Assembly (NCBI RefSeq): GCF_037042905.1
Contig: NC_087261.1
Span: 19,840,001 to 19,904,000 of the forward strand
Direction of reading: 5' to 3'
Length of the DNA stretch: 64,000 nucleotides
Source of the DNA: Lytechinus pictus
Taxonomy: Eukaryota
The position numbers and the translations under genes were made by a program. Below the pieces are notes generated by a model. That model saw only the letters and a program-made list of their open reading frames with translations. It ran no database searches and was not told the DNA's origin. Of the stretch, positions 60,201 through 64,000 are shown one piece after another; position 1 is the first letter of the stretch; each line of letters opens with the position of its first letter.

Positions 60201-62479
60201 CCGAAGGGTATCTGTAGGCCTGATGACAGCACCAAGACTTTGAACGCTGGAAAGACCAATGAGGTTCTGTGGTGAACCACTGACAAGTTTGACCTGGACG
60301 AGCTTTTGACCATGAAAAAGATTGACACTTGGAGACGGAGAGGAAAGGCTGGCCACTGAAAACTGTGGCGAATGTGTAACCTTGGAGTGGTACTCACGTA
60401 ACTCCGATGAGTCACTCATATCATCGCCGAGAGAATCTCCTTGGATTTCATGCGGTCTGCCTGACTCTGGCAAGACCTCGGCACGACCGAAAGAACTATC
60501 TATTAAGCCTGTTCTAACAGGCAAAGCATCCTCACTATCCGAAATAGAACAATCATAATCATCATAGCGGCATTCATCACTCTCAGATAAATCAGAGACA
60601 GAGTCAGCATATAGAAGTTGACAATCATCTTGATAATCATCACTTACATCCAAATACTCTGACCAAACTGATTTGGAAGAAGTCAAGCAATTTTGTGTAC
60701 TGATACTTCTTTCAGACTTTTTCAAGAATGAGCACTCACTTTTGTTATGACTACAATTATATTTAGATACTGAATAGGAGGGATTGTCACAAGTAGGTCC
60801 AACGTTTGAGCAAGAACTAGATCTGTATCCAACACTATTTGTGTTATGTGTACTAGCTTTATGACTGTCTTGATTATGTACTGTACAATGTAAAACCCTA
60901 CTTGCTCTAGGAAAGGAATGAGAAGGGTCTTCAATGACAGACTCATCATGATCAAAACAATATTCATCATCACATGCATAATCATCATTGTTTAAATCAT
61001 ACAAATCAAGAATGTCACAATCACTCACAATCATATAATTTTCTTTCTCTCTTCCGATTTGGATTAATGTTGAATTATCATTAATAATTTGTTCATGTTG
61101 GTTATGTTTAGTGTAGTAGCCTCTCTCTTGGGCATGATACTGGCGGCCGCTCTCTCGGGCCTGTGGAAGGTACCGGTACATGTACCGGGGATAAGCCATC
61201 GTAAAAGGCTATGTGTGGGGATGAGTGTTAGCCGTGGCGTGAGAAGACATGATTAACAACGAACTACAACTACCTATCACGAAAAATGATGCTTTTCGAC
61301 CGAATGAACGCTAGGGTAGCAGTGGCCATCCTATTGTGTGGATAGACAGGGATCGAACCTGCTGCCACCACGACAATAAAGGAATGACACTTCACTCACA
61401 ATAGTTGAATAATTGTACCTTAATTTATTAGGCAGCTCATGACTTCAACCGCGGCGCCGTCAAGGGGCGAATTACCATCGTTGCATTGGCACTGAAACCA
61501 ATCCACCACAAGGTGGCGCTATAGCACAAACAACAAACATTGGCGAATAGTAAATTAGCAATAGAAAATTTGCAGTTGATTGCAAATATTTTCTTGCATC
61601 AACATCTTGGTCAGGCTATGAACTTTACAGTAGGCCTATAGCCCACACCCATGCGTGGGGAAGAACTTTTATAAGAAAATACATGTAACTCTATCAAAGA
61701 TAGACAGTGCATAATCTCTGAAGCCTTCTGGGCATTCGTGTGTCGATACAACTTAAATATATAGTACCAAAGGAAGAGTGTTCTTGTGACACAAAACTTT
61801 TTCGTTTTCTAAAGTTTGGGGAGTAAAAATGGCCATAAAGTATTGCACAGGCACAAAAAAGGGGAAAGTATGGATATGAAATTACTGTAATTCTTAATAT
61901 GAAGTTTGCATAATTATTTATTACTATATTAGTTTCATTCAATAAATTGTGATAAGATCCTGTATTTTCATATGAATAATGAATAACACATAACCTCTTC
62001 AGACATTGATCTTCAAAATGGAAGCCAATTCTCCTCATACTATTAAAGTGCTCCCCAGTGCTTTATGCTTTACATTGACAAAGTTCAAAGGGCCTGAAAA
62101 CGTGGTCACGTATGGATAATTTTTCTCACTATAGAACATCGATGTCATCTTTTATAATTCAGGCCTATACATAACCAATTATTTATCCTTGTTCCGACAG
62201 TTACCAAAGAGAACGGATATCATCCACACGCTATCCAAGCTGTTCCGCCCCCACGAACCGGAGTACCGATTCTACCCCCATTGTCCCAGCTGCTCACGGG
62301 TCCAGATGACGTACCTTGGTGCGATGGCCAACCAGCGCACCACCGACCTCACCAAGGGGCGCGTCGTACGGATGGATTTCAATCATATCGTCACGCATGC
62401 CATGTCGTTAAGACTCTATCACCTCTATCTACCTTTTCCTGTGGTTCTGGCTGCTGCGTACAATGCATGTGCGGGATAA
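51219..62479 (+). CDS. Uncharacterised 301-aa membrane-associated protein with C-terminal Zn-binding HNH/His-Me-finger-like domain (GCHTCG...DHQPP...FYPHCPSCS)
   Basis: Coding exons 51219-51428, 53503-53632, 53920-54048, 55185-55342, 62201-62479 with canonical GT-AG and phases 0,1,1,0; 906 nt in frame to TAA. A probable non-coding first exon ends at 48311 (G|gtgagt), with an acceptor at 51214. The gene model is solid; the domain call is by motif recognition only. Confidence 0.82.
52674..53262 (+). mobile_element. Penelope-like element terminal fragment in inverted (fold-back) arrangement, 14-bp TSD
   Basis: Arms 52672-52935 and 52962-53225 are reverse complements (264 bp). TSD ATGTTAAAGTTTGC at 52660-52673 and 53263-53276. 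Contains a minimal hammerhead motif typical of Penelope pseudo-LTRs. Confidence 0.8.
52953..52993 (+). ncRNA. Minimal type-I hammerhead ribozyme motif
   Basis: Stem I ACUC/GAGU; core CUGAAGA(C); stem II GGACAG-UCAAC-CUGCCC with one A.C mismatch; GAAA; palindromic ACGU stem III; predicted cleavage after GUC (C52989). Confidence 0.75.
55362..55760 (-). mobile_element. tRNA-headed Deu/Nin-domain SINE
   Basis: Minus strand GAGCGTTGTTGGCTCAGTCGG (A box), GGTTCGAGTCC (B box), CCGTCTCTCGGATAGGACGTTAAATGGAGGCCCCGT...TTAAGAACCCACTGCAC...AAGAGTAGGGG (Deu/Nin core). Confidence 0.8.
56133..56536. mobile_element. Kolobok-like MITE (TTAA-type flanks); another at ~62982-63597
   Basis: ttaaAGATAAATG...CATTTATCTctaa termini; ttaaagggaatcca...tggattcccc in the second. 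Confidence 0.6.
58866..61199 (-). CDS. 777-aa retroelement ORF with degenerate retropepsin-like protease and tandem peptide repeats; no RT/IN
   Basis: KLVSGSPQNLI..YANRSLRLPVIG..FEAYVV..VHAGIPFIELHDITIRPAK is a retroviral-type protease fold with the catalytic D[ST]G replaced by VSG. 17-aa and 26-aa repeats follow. Confidence 0.7.
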   Translation of the reverse strand: MAYPRYMYRYLPQARESGRQYHAQERGYYTKHNQHEQIINDNSTLIQIGREKENYMIVSDCDILDLYDLNNDDYACDDEYCFDHDESVIEDPSHSFPRASRVLHCTVHNQDSHKASTHNTNSVGYRSSSCSNVGPTCDNPSYSVSKYNCSHNKSECSFLKKSERSISTQNCLTSSKSVWSEYLDVSDDYQDDCQLLYADSVSDLSESDECRYDDYDCSISDSEDALPVRTGLIDSSFGRAEVLPESGRPHEIQGDSLGDDMSDSSELREYHSKVTHSPQFSVASLSSPSPSVNLFHGQKLVQVKLVSGSPQNLIGLSSVQSLGAVIRPTDTLRSVCYANRSLRLPVIGTTSLTLSRNGEHLLFEAYVVDSPLIQVHAGIPFIELHDITIRPAKHRITIGDGPSYTYGPDASLSIRNINSHDHISDMPSGTEKLQHAPSVPLISGCDEKLPLTPSIVPRMSGGTDELPHVPPVVPHMPGGMETLQYVPSVITPLCDPSPSGTAFIKVINSSSVDLVTATQNDVAACQQLQSELVSVPDYDVKLTTSGPAVDIVIDTQPNLTHANLLSKAECLQNTDFDKFSLATISNSNPVVMDSPLIGECLVPCYQHCDPTYDGLTTEVMDPPGRSPDVRKGCSIPTRDGLTTEVTDPPGRPRNVRKGCSIPTSEGLTTEVMDPPGRPPDVRKGRSIPTHDDLTTVVIDPPGPPPDVGNRLYAPFVSVTGFYNPSHGTVLLAFRHRVHRTSPASIAPPSEQRPGPSTFWLSIGPPPGRPPDIDSRYH
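59077..59365 (-). repeat. 78-bp coding tandem repeat (~4 units, DGLTTEVMDPPGRPPDVRKGCSIPT)
   Basis: Repeated gacctggtgggtc..taacctctgtggt..ggcc..agtagggatactgc..cctttgcgaacat. Confidence 0.9.
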
Positions 62480-64000
62480 AGGGTCATTAAGACAGGGCGT
62501 GACAATACTCTGCAATCGTTTTTTTTTTAATGTGAATAGTGTTACGGTCATCTTACATTCCAATTTACAAAAGTGTAGTGAATTTCCCTCCCCTTCTTTT
62601 TTCATTCATTGTGAAAGTGGGGGGTGTTTCACAAAGATTTAAGTGTGACTTAGAGGGTATTGCAAGAAAATATCTGAAATCAATTGCAAATATTCTGTTG
62701 TAATTTTACAATTGATAGATCAATTTTAGCTGTAGCAAATCAGATTACCCTACTTGTTTCAAGAAGGAGATTAGCAATTAATCGCGAATTTTTCATCAAT
62801 TGCAGGACATATGATTGATTTAGGGACCGAAATATATTTGCAATTGATCGCAAGTTTTTTGCAACACCCCATTAGAGCCGCACTTAAATTTCATTTGCGT
62901 GTGGTATATAGCACCTCACCGCATTGGTCGGACAATGAGCACAGGACGCGCATTATCTTGTATCCATCAATCAGATTACGCATTAAAGGGAATCCAACCC
63001 AAATAAAAGCTTGTTTTCTGGAGGATAAAGAAAAATCAGACAAGTTGATAGGTGGAAGTTTGGACAATATATCAGACAAACAGTAAGAAAGTTATAAATT
63101 TTTAAAAGTTGTACACATTGGTATTAATGGTAATCACTCTACACATGGAGACTTCAGATTGGCTGCATATGTGATGTAAGGCAAGGACTACGGTACTCTT
63201 CTATGTACTCCAATACATGAAATGGCTAAGATGTCATTTTATTCAAAAGTTTTACTTCAAATTGTATTTTTCTTTCATGAGGACATAAAACAATATACTA
63301 CCTGGGTTATATTTAGATTACTGCCCCAGCGGAATAGGTATTTAGGAGAAAACCACAAATCTCTGATAGTTAAGTACATGGCCTATGGAAAATGAGAAAA
63401 TTGTAATTGCCCCTTGTCATAATTTACTTACCCAGTTGCCAATTTGAAATCTACATAGTCTTAGGGATCTCAGTTTTAAAACAGCCACAACTTTCTTATT
63501 GCTTGTCAGATTTCTTTCAAACTTTCACTATTCTGATTTATTTATTTTTCTCCATTCCAACACAACAATTTATGACCAGTGCTGGATTCCCCGTTCAAAG
63601 CAGATACGAATTAATAGCGCCATCTCGAGTCCACGACTTCTCATACCTGGCCAGTTCCCTGACCCATAATGCTAGTGTAGTCTAGTGATATAGACCCACT
63701 TGAATAACATGCTAATTTACTACTATACAGCAATAATTATGTTACCAAGCAGCAAAACAGCTACTTTTCCTCTCAAAACATTTTAGTTTCTCTATGCAAA
63801 TACAATTATAGGTCAATTTATTCTTTGTAGTATTAGTAGATATCTGAAAACGTATATTTTAAGACTACTTATTTAAAACACACAGTCAATGAGAAACCAC
63901 ACACAGTTCACTCCCCCTTTAAATAGCATGTGCATGTTGGCATTTAAGCACGACTCTCAGTCACACTTAACTCTTGGTGAAACACCCACCCCCCCCCCCC

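Larger units (their letters stand above)
56613..61545 (-). mobile_element. Non-autonomous LTR retroelement with CG...CG termini and 3-bp TSD (Troyka-like)
   Basis: Identical 175-bp LTRs at 56613-56787 and 61371-61545. LTR ends CGCCAAT...ATTGTCG on the minus strand. TSD AAT. PBS TGGTGGCAGC directly inside the 5' LTR (61361-61370), complementary to the tRNA-Leu 3' end ..GCUGCCACCA. Purine tract GGAAGGGAAAAAGACAAAG near the 3' LTR. Confidence 0.88.

Noticed and set aside
58877-60988. Several antisense or alternative-frame ORFs overlapping the 777-aa ORF
   Set aside because: They are shadows of the GC-richer repeat-containing ORF.
61345-61370. tRNA gene fragment ending in CCA
   Set aside because: It is the primer-binding site of the LTR element; there is no cloverleaf.
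56613-61545. DIRS/Ngaro tyrosine-recombinase element (because of the 3-nt duplication)
   Set aside because: It has simple direct LTRs, a tRNA PBS and a protease remnant, with no split or inverted repeats and no YR.

Overview
AT-rich, intron-rich animal genomic DNA. The repeat families and the HYR domains suggest an echinoderm or sea urchin (inference; not confirmable from this window). I spliced four genes by hand with phase-consistent junctions. (1) The 3' part of a HYR-HYR-ZP secreted protein (+, 1787-12454, one GC-AG intron). (2) A 14-exon nephrin-like Ig/FN3 type-I membrane receptor of ~1065 aa whose tail carries four YxxM motifs (+, 17118-32120). (3) A two-exon, half-size phytochelatin-synthase-family papain-like enzyme with an N-myristoylation-type start (-, 40436-42744). 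(4) A five-exon, 301-aa protein that joins hydrophobic helices to a CxxC...DHQPP...CxxC His-Me-finger (HNH-like) module resembling bacterial Rhs toxin nuclease tips (+, 51219-62479). The introns of gene 4 hold the most unusual elements. One is a ~177-bp SINE with a 7SL/Alu-domain head, a B box, a Deu/Nin-like core and a (CA)n tail; it sits in one arm of a foldback MITE whose other arm preserves the empty site. Another is an inverted Penelope-like terminal fragment with a minimal hammerhead ribozyme and a 14-bp TSD. The third is a young non-autonomous LTR element with identical 175-bp LTRs, CG...CG ends, a 3-bp TSD and a tRNA-Leu PBS (Troyka-like). The rest is dense with MITEs, tRNA-SINEs and LINE 3' ends. 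All calls are by eye; no searches were run.
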